A DNA stretch of 64,000 nucleotides from the human T2T-CHM13v2.0 reference genome, Homo sapiens, in contig CP068257.2 in assembly GCA_009914755.4 (NCBI GenBank), positions 7,552,001 through 7,616,000 of the forward strand, read 5' to 3'. A program made the translations under genes and the position numbers. This document shows positions 29,348-42,062 of this stretch, piece by piece; position 1 is the first letter of the stretch, and the number at the start of each line of letters is the position of its first letter. The notes below the pieces were generated by a model. That model did no database searches and was not told the origin of the DNA. It worked only from the letters and a program-made list of their open reading frames with translations.

Positions 29348-31484
29348 TAAAGCATAAGACTGACGTTTTGTTACAAAGCATTCCTTTGGGAGCATGCCTG
29401 GGAACTTATTAGAATTAACATTCATTATAAGTATTGGTAGGTAATTAATGCAGTAAGAACTCTTCCCTCTGTATTTATTAGATGCAAAGAAGAATAAATT
29501 TATTAAAATTTGGTATCTACAAGTGAACTGAAGTATACAAGTCATCCTAGCCAAAGCCTATGAGATTGAGTAAAAATGGTATTGTTAGCAGAACAGGTGT
29601 GATGAGTCAACAGTGTCAAAGAGCATGATTTCTGGACCAAAATATGAGGGGCCATTACAACAGAGTATACACTAGTACCCCTTATCCACTATATGCGCAG
29701 AAAGACATACTTGACACGTTTTTCTCTGCTGTCACACCACAGCAACAATCATCAACAAAGAAGGCTTCTGTAACCAAATGTGTGGAGAGTTTTTCCCCAC
29801 CAACAAACAAGCAATCATTCCTGCTGATGACACAATTCAATTCTCACACCCTATCTACAGATAACATCAGATTTAATTTAATTTATAAATTAAACTTTGT
29901 CATAGATATGTATGTATAGGGAAAAACAGCTTGTGATTCAGTAATATTCATGGTTTCATGCATGCACTGGGGGTCTTGAAATGTATCTCCCACAGTTAAG
30001 GTGTAGTTACTGCACTTATTTTGTTATAACACCACACAGCCTCTCTAGCTCTTCAGATCAAACTGTTTAGTTTAGAATAAAACATGCTATCGCCAGAAAC
30101 CAACAAAACATAGGAATCAGACCAGAAACAGGAATCCTTGCAAATACTTTCCAGCCACCAGTGGAGAAGATCTCAAGAGAGATCAGTGTGTTACTCTGGC
30201 TAATACTCTTCTGGGTAAGGTGCTGGGTGGTTTCCTTAGTTGTAGCTATTTGCTCTGGCCTACGTATAACAAGCCCCAAATTCACCTGCCATTTTACCTC
30301 CCACAGAAAGAACCACTGGAAAGATCACTCCTTTAAGAGCTTATCCACATTCAGAGAGAAGCTGAATAAACACTGGGGAGGTATGGCAGGCTGCCGGGCA
30401 ATATTATCTGATGTGAAAAAATATATAGAAAGGAAACTATCAATGCCCTTTTACTACCAGAATGTTCTAATGTTTGCCCATCTCCCTAGTAGGAGAAAAA
30501 AATTTTTTCACCTCGCATAAAGCAAAACTCCCTTGTCATCTCTCATGACAGAATCTAGTTGTAGGTGAGTCATGCCATCATAATACAGGCTGTTGTCAAC
30601 CTCATCCCTCAAAGGAAGAGGATCAGTGAGGAACTTATGTATTTACCTAATAGCATTCACTGCCTGGTCTTATTTCCAACCGAAGGTAAGTATGAAAGAC
30701 TTTGTGATTCCAGTTTTATAAAGCACAACACTTTGCACTTGTCCTCTTCCATTGCTAAAGAGTCTATCTGGACCCACCTCACAGAGCAAGATGCTCCAGG
30801 TTGTGCTGTGTAGTACGGCGTGGTGTCCTTTTCCTCAACCCTTTCTATTATGTGCCACATATCTATACAAATCATGTTTTCTAAGTATGTAAATCATATC
30901 TCATCAGAATACATCATTCTTTACAATGATAAAGAAGCAAAAGAAAAACAAAAGGACAAAGAACATCTTAAATGACTACATTCAACTGCCATGGAGCTTT
31001 AATTTTTTAACTACTCAAAAAGATATCCACTCTTCTTATTCCAACTATATGACTCTTCTGAAAAAAGTAAAACTATGAAGACAGAGTAAACATCAATGGT
31101 TGTCACGAGTTGCTAGGGAGAAAGGGAGAGATGAACAGGCATAGCACAGAGAATTTTTAGGGCAGTGAAACTGTTCTGTCGATAATATTACAGTAATAGA
31201 TACATGTCATGTCATTATATATTTGTCCAAATTCACAGAATGTACAGCATCAAGAGTGAGGCCTGATGTAAACTATGAACTTCAAGTGATTATAATGTGT
31301 CAATGTAAGTTCATCAGTTGTAACAAATGGACCACTCTCTGGTGGAAAATACTAATAATGGGGGAGGCTATGCGTGTGTGGGAGGCATGGGATATATGAG
31401 AAATCTCTGTACCTTCCTCTCAATTTTGCTGTGAACCTAAAACTACTCTAAGAAATAAGGTTATTGATTTAAAAAAAAATATTC

Positions 31485-32150
<666 letters not shown>

Positions 32151-35100
32151 TAAAAATAAAGATATTCACTGAACCTGTTACTATGATATATTTAAGCAAG
32201 ACATGGCGACCCTAAAAATTAGAGATCATTGAAGACCAAAGTAACAACATGTGGTCATTATTTCTCAAATTGAAGTATATAAAATAAATAAATTTAATTG
32301 CATGCTTAGGTAAGAAAATATTGATAAAAATGATTGAATATTTTATCTTATTTCATAATTCTAAGCAGGGCTTTAGCACAATATGAAAACTAGATTATTC
32401 ATGTAATCCAAATAAAAGACAATTTTTATTCTAATTTTAACTCAGAAATTATTTTGCTTATTTAACAATTTTACTGAAAGGTAAATGAGATAAATAGGAC
32501 AGATTATAATTACCTAAATTGCTATGGTAACTTATGTACAAATAGCTGTTCGTCACTGAAAGTCAAAAAAGTAACCAGCGCTGCAACTTAAGATGGATCA
32601 TACAACAGAAATTAGTACCAAGTTACCTTATCTTATAATATTATGTTATTAAAATGAAATTTTAAAACAACACCAAAAATTAAGTTGGGGTTATACAAAG
32701 TGTGCAGAAAAGATTTCATATAACAGGCAAGAGACTGCCATCCTTAGAAAGGCCTGCATGCAAGGCTGGCCCTTGGCTGGTGTTTAGGAAATTGGAATTG
32801 GGAGGGTTTCCACCATTCCGTGAGAAGAGTGGCTCACTGTGTCTAAAGTTTTTATAGAAACCGCCAATGGGTGAAATCCAAAGCAGCAGCTGGTGTATCC
32901 ATTAACATTCTCAAAACAGGATGCATCTGGACCCCTGTGTGCAATCTTCATAGCACACAGACACTAAACAGAAAGGCAGTCATTGCTGCCAAACAGGACC
33001 CAAATGTCACACACAGTGCAATGAAGCTATAAGCTCCCTATGGAGAGAAAAGTAGACAAATCAAAAATATTCAATATCCAATCCAAGTCCACATTAAATC
33101 TTGATTCCAGAAACGTGCATTAACCACTTCAAAGACTAAAATTTAAGCCATCTTTTCTATAGCGATTTCCCATTTGGTTGGCAGGCATACAGGAGTAGAG
33201 AATGATTTAATTTACTTACAAGTATTCAGAAAAGATAGTGACCTCTACATTCAACCAGCTACAGCAGCTTAGCACCCAGCCAAAGCCTGCATCTCTCCCA
33301 CCTTAAGATTTAGTGGTTGGCTAGAGTTAGCAGCATCCAGGCCACATCTATCTCTGCATTCTAAGTTTGCTTCCAAGATAAAGATACAAATGCAGGCTGG
33401 CTCCAACCTAGCCAGAGATCCCAGCCCCACTCTCTGCATCCCAAAATCCCTCAAAGACCCAAGAGATTTTCCAGATTTCTACAGTCTCCTAACAGGTCCC
33501 CTTGACAGTTAAATGCCCTCTCTTTACCTCAACTAGCTGCAGGTAGAATATAATGGGTACAGCAGAAAGTCACTGTAAGTGTAATATGAAGATACACAGC
33601 CCTTTTAAGCATTTCATTATATTACATCTAGCTTACTTCTAAGTGATTTATTCAGATGTGACTGAAGAAAGTCTAAAGGGAAAAAAAAACAATTTAATTT
33701 GATAAATTAAATTATCAATTATAGCCAAATTATTTGGGTATAACAAATTAAACATTTTAAGCAGACAGAAGATGCAAACATTTTAAGTTTACAGAAGATA
33801 TAAAATGTTCACTATCAAAATGTCGCAACTGATAAAAATGTTCTCAAATATTTCTGTCTCAAACTTGCATTGTTCATTAAGGAAGCAAAATAGGTGGGAC
33901 ATACACAGCAACAACATCCCTCAAAAAACACCTTGGCTCATTCCTATAAGCCAGGCAGCAAATACATCATCCTTACATATGTTAATTACCTTCCAATTTC
34001 AAATTCTCAACTGTGAAATAAAGGACCATTTTATTTGGCTGCTTCCAGTTCAATATGACTGTTTTTATTAAAACATCTCTAACTTGAAAAATATTTGGTG
34101 TTTTCTAAAAAACTGCAAATTGCCACAAATGGCCAGATAATTTGGAATAAACACCCTACAGAAAAAAATATATATTCAAGTTGCATAAGTCACTTTGAGC
34201 AATCCTTTGAGGATATTTCATTTATATCTAAATGAACCACAGGTTTAGCTGGCTTTTCTGGAAAACCAGAAGCAAATAATGTATGATTATAATGAAAACC
34301 ATCTCAAGCAATTTTGAAATGAAGTACCACATGTCTTATGCTGTCCCTTCCATGCACTTGACAAAACAGCCTATAACAAATTGTTTACTTTGAGATTTAG
34401 CAGGAAAATTCCATGAGGTTTAAATGAGATTACTAATAATAAGCCATCTACCTTTGACTCTATTCCAATTAAAAATGGGTTAGGAAAGTGCTTTGAAAAT
34501 CAAGTGTGTTCATCAGGGAATCATTTACCTAAGTCTTCTTAACACTGCTTAGTGAATATTAAGCCTGATATAGTAAATACACGCTAACCACTAAATTGAA
34601 GGGGAAAGAGGGAGAACAAAGAGACATGTAAAGTACACTTACTTTTTCTAGTAGGAAAAAGCCAATTAAAACTATCACCTATTAGTTTTATTGGAATCAG
34701 TCTTACAGGAGGTCAAACTTCCTACTGTTGCTACCTATTCTCAATATTTTTCTTATTTCTTCCTAAACTTCTAGAGCCGTGCTGTCCAATAAATATGTGA
34801 GCCACATATGTAATTTTAAATGTACTAGTAAGCCCCATTAAAAGGTGAAATTAATTTTAAATATACTTAACTCAGTATGTCCCAAATAGTAAACATAGTA
34901 ATAATTTTAACATGTAATCAATATAAAAAATTATCAAGCAGATATTCTACGCTGTTCTTCCCACTCCAATGACAAAATCCAGTATATTTAACACAACACA
35001 TCTCAATTAGGACTAGCCAGGATTTCAAGTGCTCAATAGTTACAGGTGGCTAGCGCCTACTGAATTGGACACTGTAGTTTCAGTGCATTGAATTTCTGTC

Positions 35101-36617
35101 CCACTTAGCGCTAATTAAAACTTCACCCTCTCACCTGATAATTATGCTAAGATCTCAGAAAGTAACCCACTACAGGCAGTTTCAAGCCCTAATTTACCTC
35201 TAATTACTCTTACAGCAATGCGATGAATCATGATTTAAAATTTTAAAAAAAAATTGCTGTTAAATTATTAGTCAAGCGCCCAGGGCAATGGACAGTAAAG
35301 AAATAATGTAGGCCATGGGCCGAGATGACAAAACGGTCCTTTTATTTAAAGCTATAACAATAATCTGAAGCCAGCCCTGTAAAATAGACATCCATTGAAA
35401 AAGTCATGCTAGTTCTTTTGCTTTTTTGTGTACTTGGCCTCCTGTGTCCCTAAACAGACCTCTTCTCAGCAGGGTTTGCTCAGCAAGTCACTTGTTGAGT
35501 CTTGCGGTCAGCAGAGGGGGTAGGGAATGGCAGGGACTGGCATAGGAGTGAGGGGGAGGAGGCAAGGTGAGGGGGGCCAGGTGAGGAGGGGGGCACTTCA
35601 AGGGGAGTTCAAGACCAGCCTGGGCAACATGGTGAGACCACCGCCCCTCACCGCCGCCATCTCTGGTCTCACTCTGGTCTCACACACATGCACAAATTAA
35701 ATTTAATTTAAAAATTAAAAAATTGTTTTAAAATAAGTGGAATATTTACATGGATTATGTATACATTCATTTTGTAGAACTATAGATCCCATGTAACTGG
35801 GAACTCTTTACTCTTCTAACACAACATTTATTTAGCCACAAATGAAAGACCAGTGATGTAGCCTGTACACAAAAAAGTAAGAAAACACTGGTTAGGCTGG
35901 GGCAGGGGTGGGGGGAAGAGATCTACAAATTTAAAATTTTATTGGGAAGGATCACTAATTAGAATCAGAACAATTACTGCTTTAAAGTAGTTAAGAACAG
36001 AGCACAAGGAACCCAGAGAAGAAGCAGATATGATTCAGAGCAGAGCTTACAGAGCAGATGGTATCTGAGCCGAGACTGATAGAATAACATTAATAAGGGC
36101 ATTCACGGCCATTTATTATCACTTAACTGCAATGCATTTTGTATAAGTTATTTCTACTCTTCATATCAACCATGGAAAATAATACTTATTCTTCTCTTTT
36201 GAAGTTAAAGAAGTGGTAAGTGGTCTAAGAAGATAAATTAACATACCAACACCAAATAGCTCAAGTTCAGTGACTCAAGAGGGCCCGCGTCTCCCCAAGA
36301 GGTTGCTCAGCAGGCAGACGAGGTAGAGAGCCCTTCCAAGAAGTGACAGTGAGATGTGAAAGGTCCCAGTGTGTCTCTGAGAACAACAGAAACCAGTATG
36401 TAGACCAAGTGGGAAAAGCCACGGAAGAGGCAGGGATTTCCTCTTAAGATAGCAAGAATAAACAGAGCAGGGCTGAGGAAAGCCATGGAAAACGGGCAGA
36501 ATGCCATGAATTTAGTGAGAAAAAGACAATTTTTACTTTAGAAAGGGGGAAAGAATGGTGGTGGTCTAGGTAAGCCTAGAAGCAGAGGAAAGGGCAATGG
36601 AGAAAAAATAAACAAAA

Positions 36618-37019
36618 TGTATGAGTCAGGGTTCTCCAGAGGGACAGAACCAACAAGATACAGGTATATGTATAAGGGAGTTTACGAGAGAGAATTGGTT
36701 CACACGGTTAGAAGGCAGTCCCACAATAGGCTGTCTGCCAGGTAGGGAAAGAGAGAAGCTAGTAGTGGCTCAGTCCAAGTCCAAAAGCCTCAAAACCAGG
36801 AAAGCCCGCAGTGCAGTCTTCAGTATGAGGCCGAGGGCCTGAGAGCCTCGGGGAAGCCGCTGGTGCAAGTCCCAGAGTCCAAAGGCATAAGAACCTGGAG
36901 TCTCATGTCCGAGGGCAGGAAGAAGGGAAGCAAGTGTCCTGCACGGGAAGAAGAAAAAAAGAGAGCCAGAAGCTTCAGCTAGCAAGGTTATCCCATCTTC
37001 CTCCGCCTGCTTTATTCTA
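36618..37019 (-). mobile_element. MaLR-type LTR (THE1/MST/MLT1-like), truncated where the tandem array begins
   Basis: Starts tgtatgagtcagggttctccagagggacagaacc…, the reverse complement of the …GGAGAACCCTGACTAATACA LTR terminus. Further conserved blocks: gagtttacgagagagaattggttcac, gtcccacaataggctgtctgcc, …cttcctccgcctgctttattctat. The element is cut off at ~37019. Confidence 0.5.
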
Positions 37020-37985
37020 TACAGTGCAGCGTATGTACACCACTTCTGTGATATTGTTCCTAATATCCATGGGAAGAAAGAGTGATGTTACTCCCAAGAG
37101 CATATGGGGGTGTACATCCCTTGTGATATTATTCCTAGTATGCAGGGGCAGGGAAATGACATTACTCCCAATATTGCAGAGGGTGTACTCCCCGCCCTGT
37201 GATATTGTTCCTAATATTTAGGGGATAGTGGGTGATATTACTCCCAATATCAGAGGGGGTGTGCACCCCCCGTGGTATTCTTCCTAATATCCAGGGTGGG
37301 GGGAGAGGTTTATATTACTGTCAATGTCACAGGGGGTGTACATCCTCCCGTGGTATTGTTCCTAATATCTGGGGGGTAGAGGATATTACTGTCACTATCA
37401 CAGGGGGTGTAGACCCCTTCAGTGATATTGTTACTAATATCTGGCGGGGAGAGGATGATATTACTGTCAATATCGCAGGGGGTGTACACCCCCCGTGGTA
37501 TTGTTCCTAATATCCGGGGGGGAAGAGGAAATTACTGTCAATATCACAGTGGGTGTACACCTCTTCTGTGATATTGTTCCTAATATCCGGGGAGGAGAGG
37601 ATATTACTGTCAATATCGCAGGGAGTGTACAACCCTTCTGTGACATTGCTCCTAATATCCGGGGGTGGGAGAGGATATTACTGTCAATATCGCAGGGGGT
37701 GTACACCCCTTCTGTGATATTGTTCCCAATATTCAGGTGGGGAGAGGATCATATCACTTTCAATATCACCAAGTGTGTACATCACCATTGTGATATTGTT
37801 CCTATATTTAGGGGATAGTGGATTATATTACTGTCAATATCACAGGGGGTGTGCACCCCCCCATGGTATTGTTCCTAATGTCCAGCAAGGGAGAAAACAC
37901 TACTACTTCCAATATGGCAGGGGGTGTACACGTCCTATGGGATACTGTTCCTATATCCATGGGGGAAAAGGATATTGGGAACAAT
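37020..37985 (+). repeat. Tandem array, ~72-bp unit (two related ~36-bp halves), orientation A
   Basis: Units tgatattgttcctaatatccagggggagaggatgatattactcccaatatcacagggggtgtacacccc with unit starts at 37568, 37640 and 37714 (periods 72 and 74). The core aatatcacagggggtgtacaccccctgtgatatt is a perfect palindrome. Confidence 0.95.
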
Positions 37986-38799
37986 ATTACAAACAATATC
38001 ACAGGGGGTGTACATGTCCTGAGATATGAGGAGTAATATAACCCTCTCCCCCTCTAGATATTACAAACTGTATCACAGAGGGGTGTAAACCCCTGCAATG
38101 TGGAAAGTAAAATCATCTTCTCCCCCACTGGATATTACAAATAATATCACAGACGGTGTACATGTGAGGTGTTTATGATATTGGGAGTAATATCATATCC
38201 CCCAGTGGATATTATGAACAATATCACAGAGGGGTGTATACACACTCTGCCTTATAGGGAGTAATATACTCCTCTCCCACCCTGGATATTACAAACAATA
38301 TCACAGAGGGTGTACACACAGGGTGTTTATGGTATTGGAAGTAGTATTATCTCCCCCATGGATATTACTAATAATATCACAGGGGTGTGTACATCCCCTG
38401 TGATACAGGGAGTAATATCATCCTTTCCCAGCCTGGATATTACAAACAATATGGCAGGGGGCAGTACACCCTGGCGATATGGGTAGTAACATCATCTCCT
38501 CCCCGCGTGGATATTATGAACAATATTCTAGGGGGTTGTACACCCCCTGCAATATGGGGAGTAGCATCATCCTCTCCCCCACTAGATATTATAAACAATA
38601 TCACAAGGGGGTGTACACTTCCTGCAATAAAAGGAGAAATATAATTCTTTCCCCCAGAGATATTATGAACAATATCGCAGGGAATTGTTCTCCCATGCTA
38701 TATGGGGAGTAACATCTTCATCTTCCCCCTGGATATTACGAAAAATAATGCAGGGGAATGTAAATCCCCTGCGATATGGGGAGTAAAATCATTCTCTCT
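37985..38799 (-). repeat. Same tandem array, inverted orientation B
   Basis: Units read ccctgcgatatggggagtaatatcatcctctccccctggatattacaaacaatatcacagagggtgtaca, the reverse complement of the A unit; the switch is near 37975-37995. Confidence 0.9.
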
Positions 38800-39091
<292 letters not shown>

Positions 39092-39149
39092 TCAAATCAT
39101 TCTCTCCCTCCCTGGATATTATGGACAATATCACAGGGGAGTGTACAAT
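39092..39149 (-). repeat. Tandem array (orientation B) resuming between the Alu and the NUMT
   Basis: tcaaatcattctctccctccctggatattatggacaatatcacaggggagtgtaca. Confidence 0.85.
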
Positions 39150-39730
39150 GAGTTTCTAGAATGTATTTGAGGAGGGTGACGGGCGGTGTGTGCATGCTTC
39201 ATGGCCTTATTCAATTAAACACTCTGCTCTCAATTTATTGCTAAATCCTCCTTGAGCCCTTAGATTTCATAACGGTTGTCGCGACATTTTTCTGGATGTA
39301 GAAAACGTTCCTATTTCTTGCCACCTCATGGGCTACACCTTGAACTAAAGTTTTTATGTAGATACTTGTGCTTACTCTGCGGCCTTTCCAGGGTTTGCTG
39401 AAGATGGAGGTATTTAGGCTGGGCAAGAGGTGGTGAGGTAAATTGGGGTTTATCGATTATAGAACAGCCTCCTTTAGAGGGATATAAAGCACCGCCAAGT
39501 CCTTTGAGTTTTAAGCTGTTGCTTGTAGTGTTCTGGCGAACAGTTTTGTTGATCTAACTATTCGAGTTTAGAGTTAAGCATAGCGGGGTATCTACTCCCA
39601 GTTTGGATCTTAGCTATTTTGTCTTCAGAATATTAAAGGCACCTTCGTAGTTATTTCAGCTGGGGTTTTTTTACAACTTTTTTACAACTTATTTAGAAAC
39701 TTTCAGGTTTCTAAATATATGAATGAACCA
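39150..39730 (-). pseudogene. MT-RNR1: NUMT segment: mt 12S rRNA 3' ~550 nt (approx. mt 960-1500)
   Basis: Reverse complement reads gtagataccccgctatgcttaactctaaactcgaatagttagatcaacaaaactgttcgccagaacactac…aaaactcaaaggacttggcggtgctttatatccctctaaaggag…caaggtgtagcccatgaggtggcaagaaat…gcacacaccgcccgtcaccctcctcaa (conserved 12S blocks). Contains a 12-bp tandem duplication tttttacaactt at ~39675. Confidence 0.85.
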
Positions 39731-39734
39731 TAAT

Positions 39735-40791
39735 ATAAGCCTCGGCCAATACAATGCTGGTTAGGCCTCCTACTGTAAAAAGGAAAATAAATCCCCGGGC
39801 TCACAGCATTGCGGGGGATCATTTGATATTACCGCCGTGAAGTGTAGCTAGCTAGTCAGCTAAAAACTTTGACGCTAGTAGGAATAGCAATAATTATAAT
39901 AGCAGAGGTGAAGCAGGCTCATGTATCCACAACTATCCCTACCGTAAATATACGGTGGGCCCATACAATAAACCGTAAGGACCCAACTGATCCTATAGCT
40001 CACACTAGGCCCATATACCTGAATGGTTCTTTTTTCTTCCAGAATAGTATGTTACGACGTGGGAAATTATCCCAAAGCCCAGTGGGATGAGGATGTAGAC
40101 TTCAGGGTGACCAAAGAATCTGAATAAATGCTGAAATAAGATAGGATCACCTCCGCCAGCCAGATAGAAAAAAGTAGTATTAAGATTGCAGTCAGTTAAC
40201 AATATAGTGATGCCGGCGGCTAGGACTCGGAGACAAAGGAGTAGAAGAACTGCTGTAATTAGGACTAATCAGATGAAGAGGGGTGTGTGATATTGGGACA
40301 TGGCTGGGGGTTTTATATTAACAATTGTGGTAATAAAGTTAATAGCCCCTGAAGTAGAAGAAACACCTGTCAAGTGGAGTGAAAAGATAGTGAAATCTAC
40401 AGAGGCGCCTGCATGTGTTAGGTTTACTGCTAAGGGAGGAGAGACTGTTCAGCCGGTTCCAGTGCCGGCTTCTACTATAGTGGATGCAAGTAATAAAAGG
40501 AAGGAGGGTGGGAGGAGTCAGAAGCTCATATTATTTATGCAGAGAAATGCTATATCGGGGGCGCCAATTATCGGGGGACTAATCAGTTGCCAAGACCTCC
40601 AATTATAGTATTACCATAAAGAAAATTATGACAAATGCATAGGCTATAACAATGACATAAATTTGATCATCTAGTAGAGTTCAGCTCGAATTTAAAGCTG
40701 TACTGACTATCCCTGCTCATGTGCCAAATAATAAATATAATGTCTCGATATCTTTATGGTTGGTTGAGAATAGTCAACTGTCAGCCAACAT
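39735..40791 (-). pseudogene. MT-CO1: NUMT segment: COX1 codons 1 to ~350 (approx. mt 5904-6950); TGA(Trp) codons read as stops in the nuclear code
   Basis: Minus-strand ORF 40005-40202 translates …[57 protein letters not shown]…, matching COX1 …[58 protein letters not shown]. The 5' end reads atgttggctgacagttgactattctcaaccaaccataaagatatcgagaca, compared with COX1 ATGTTCGCCGACCGTTGACTATTCTCTACAAACCACAAAGACATTGGAACA. Confidence 0.9.
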
Positions 40792-40810
40792 AAATGAAGT
40801 GAGAAAAAAG

Positions 40811-40877
40811 GGTAAAATGACTGAGTAGGGCATTAGACTGTACATCTAAAAACAGAGGTCAACGCCTGTTTTTACCA
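40811..40877 (+). pseudogene. MT-TY: NUMT: mt tRNA-Tyr
   Basis: ggtaaaatgactgagtagggcattagactgtacatctaaaaacagaggtcaacgcctgtttttacca, compared with human mt tRNA-Tyr GGTAAAATGGCTGAGTGAAGCATTGGACTGTAAATCTAAAGACAGGGGTTAGGCCTCTTTTTACCA. Confidence 0.85.
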
Positions 40878-40933
40878 GTCCCAAGGTGATTTTCATGTTG
40901 AATTGTAAATTCAAAGAAGCAGCTTCAATCCTG
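40878..40933 (+). pseudogene. MT-TC: NUMT: mt tRNA-Cys (3' acceptor strand deleted)
   Basis: gtcccaaggtgattttcatgttgaattgtaaattcaaagaagcagcttcaatcctgc, compared with AGCTCCGAGGTGATTTTCATATTGAATTGCAAATTCGAAGAAGCAGCTTCAAACCTGCCGGGGCTT. Confidence 0.8.
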
Positions 40934-40969
40934 CTTCTCTCACCTTTTTTCCCCCAGCTGCTGGAGAAG
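40934..40969. other. NUMT: relic of the mt light-strand replication origin (OL) stem-loop
   Basis: cttctctcaccttttttcccccagctgctggagaag, compared with human OL CTTCTCCCGCCTTTTTTCCCGGCGGCGGGAGAAG. Confidence 0.75.
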
Positions 40970-41038
40970 TAGATTCAAACCAGTTGACTAGGGAGTTTAG
41001 CTGTTAAGTTTTCATGGGTTTCAGTCTCATCAATTTAG
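40970..41038 (+). pseudogene. MT-TN: NUMT: mt tRNA-Asn
   Basis: tagattcaaaccagttgactagggagtttagctgttaagttttcatgggtttcagtctcatcaatttag, compared with TAGATTGAAGCCAGTTGATTAGGGTGCTTAGCTGTTAACTAAGTGTTTGTGGGTTTAAGTCCCATTGGTCTAG. Confidence 0.75.
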
Positions 41039-41097
41039 TAAGGACTTAGCTTACTTAAAGTGATTGATCTGTATTCAATTGACCAAGGGTGTTCTGT
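41039..41097 (+). pseudogene. MT-TA: NUMT: mt tRNA-Ala (3' truncated at the junction with the COX3 segment)
   Basis: taaggacttagcttacttaaagtgattgatctgtattcaattgaccaagggtg…, compared with AAGGGCTTAGCTTAATTAAAGTGGCTGATTTGCGTTCAGTTGATGCAGAGTGGGG. Confidence 0.65.
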
Positions 41098-41099
41098 AT

Positions 41100-41697
41100 C
41101 TGAGAAAGTACATTTCAGGGTCACCATACAACAACTGTTCAAAAAGGCCTCCAATATGGGACAGTCCTATTTATTATCTCAGAAATATTCCTCTTCGCTG
41201 GATTCTTTTGAGCATTCTACCATTCTAGCCTAGCCCCTACTCCAGAATTAGGAGGGCATTGACCCCCAACAGGTATTTCTCCCCTTGACCCCCTGGAAGT
41301 ACCTCTCCTGAATCCATCTGTATTACTTGCATCAGGAATTTCAATTACTTGAGCCCATCACAGCCTAACAAAAAATAATCAAAAACATACAATCCAAGCA
41401 CTACTTGTTACAATTATATTAGATATTTACTTCACCTTCCTACAAGTCTCAGAATACTTCAAAGCTCCCTTTGTTATTTCTGATGGTATTTATGGCTCAA
41501 CATTTTTTTATAGCTACAGGCTTTCACAGAATTCACATCATTATTGGATCAACATTCCTCAGTCTGCCTTCTCCGCCAATTAAAATACCACTTTACATCT
41601 AGTCATCATTTTGCCTTTGAAGCCGCTGCCTGATATCGACACTTTGTAGATATAGTATGACTATTCTTGTATGTTTCTATTTATTGATGAGGATCTT
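41100..41697 (+). pseudogene. MT-CO3: NUMT segment: COX3 3' ~600 nt (approx. mt 9440-9990)
   Basis: gagaaagtacatttcagggtcaccatacaacaactgttcaaaaaggcctccaatatgggacagtcctatttattatctcagaaatattc… matches CGAGAAAGCACATACCAAGGCCACCACACACCACCTGTCCAAAAAGGCCTTCGATACGGGATAATCCTATTTATTACCTCAGAAGTTTTT; ends …tatttattgatgaggatctta, compared with …CTATTGATGAGGGTCTTA. Confidence 0.9.
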
Positions 41698-41757
41698 ACT
41701 CTTTTAGTATAAATAGTACCATGATTTCCAAAGTTTTGATAGCATCCGAAAAACAGT
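41697..41757 (+). pseudogene. MT-TG: NUMT: mt tRNA-Gly
   Basis: actcttttagtataaatagtaccatgatttccaaagttttgatagcatccgaaaaacagta, compared with ACTCTTTTAGTATAAATAGTACCGTTAACTTCCAATTAACTAGTTTTGACAACATTCAAAAAAGAGTA. Confidence 0.8.
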
Positions 41758-42062
41758 AATTCACCTAACATTAACCCTAGTAATCAACACCCTATTAGCC
41801 CTGTTACTAATAATTATTACATTTTGGCTCCCACAACTTAATATATATATGTAGAGAAGAGAGAAAAAAATATATATATGTATAAAATAAATATATATAG
41901 AAAAATCTAGCCCTTATGAATGCAGATTTGACCCTCTATCCTCTGCCCACATTCCCTTCTCCATAAAATTCTTTCTAGTAGACATCACATTTCCCCTATT
42001 TGAGTTAGAACTCGCCCTACTACTACCCTTACTGTGAGCCCTTCAAACAATCTGATACTAAT
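41758..42062 (+). pseudogene. MT-ND3: NUMT segment: ND3 5' ~250 nt, interrupted by an AT-rich insertion
   Basis: attcacctaacattaaccctagtaatcaacaccctattagccctgttactaataattattacattttggctcccacaactt, compared with ATAAACTTCGCCTTAATTTTAATAATCAACACCCTCCTAGCCTTACTACTAATAATTATTACATTTTGACTACCACAACTC; …cttatgaatgcagatttgaccctctatcc…ccataaaattctttctagtag…. Confidence 0.85.
41842..41895. repeat. AT-rich microsatellite expansion inserted inside the ND3-derived NUMT segment
   Basis: atatatatgtagagaagagagaaaaaaatatatatatgtataaaataaatatatat sits between ND3 homology blocks ...cacaactt and atagaaaaatc... Confidence 0.7.

Larger units (their letters stand above)
39150..42062. other. Composite nuclear mitochondrial DNA insertion (NUMT) of about 2.9 kb, made of three non-contiguous mtDNA segments, inserted in the tandem array
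   Basis: Continuous similarity to mammalian/human mtDNA (roughly 75-80% identity by eye). Segment order on the window + strand: 12S rRNA (rc), COX1 5' two-thirds (rc), tRNA-Tyr, tRNA-Cys, OL, tRNA-Asn, tRNA-Ala (all in sense), COX3 3' half, tRNA-Gly, ND3. The tandem repeat resumes on both sides. Confidence 0.9.

Noticed and set aside
35460-35700. GC-rich, G-run-rich stretch (gaggggggccaggtgaggaggggggcac) that could be a CpG island or promoter
   Set aside because: It is short, partly Alu-derived (gagttcaagaccagcctgggcaacatggtgagacc) and has no evident downstream exon. A G-quadruplex-prone spacer is possible, but there is no evidence of regulatory function.
40300-40608. 102-aa + strand ORF inside the NUMT
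   Set aside because: It is antisense to the COX1-derived segment. The true homology is on the minus strand, which is interrupted in the nuclear code.
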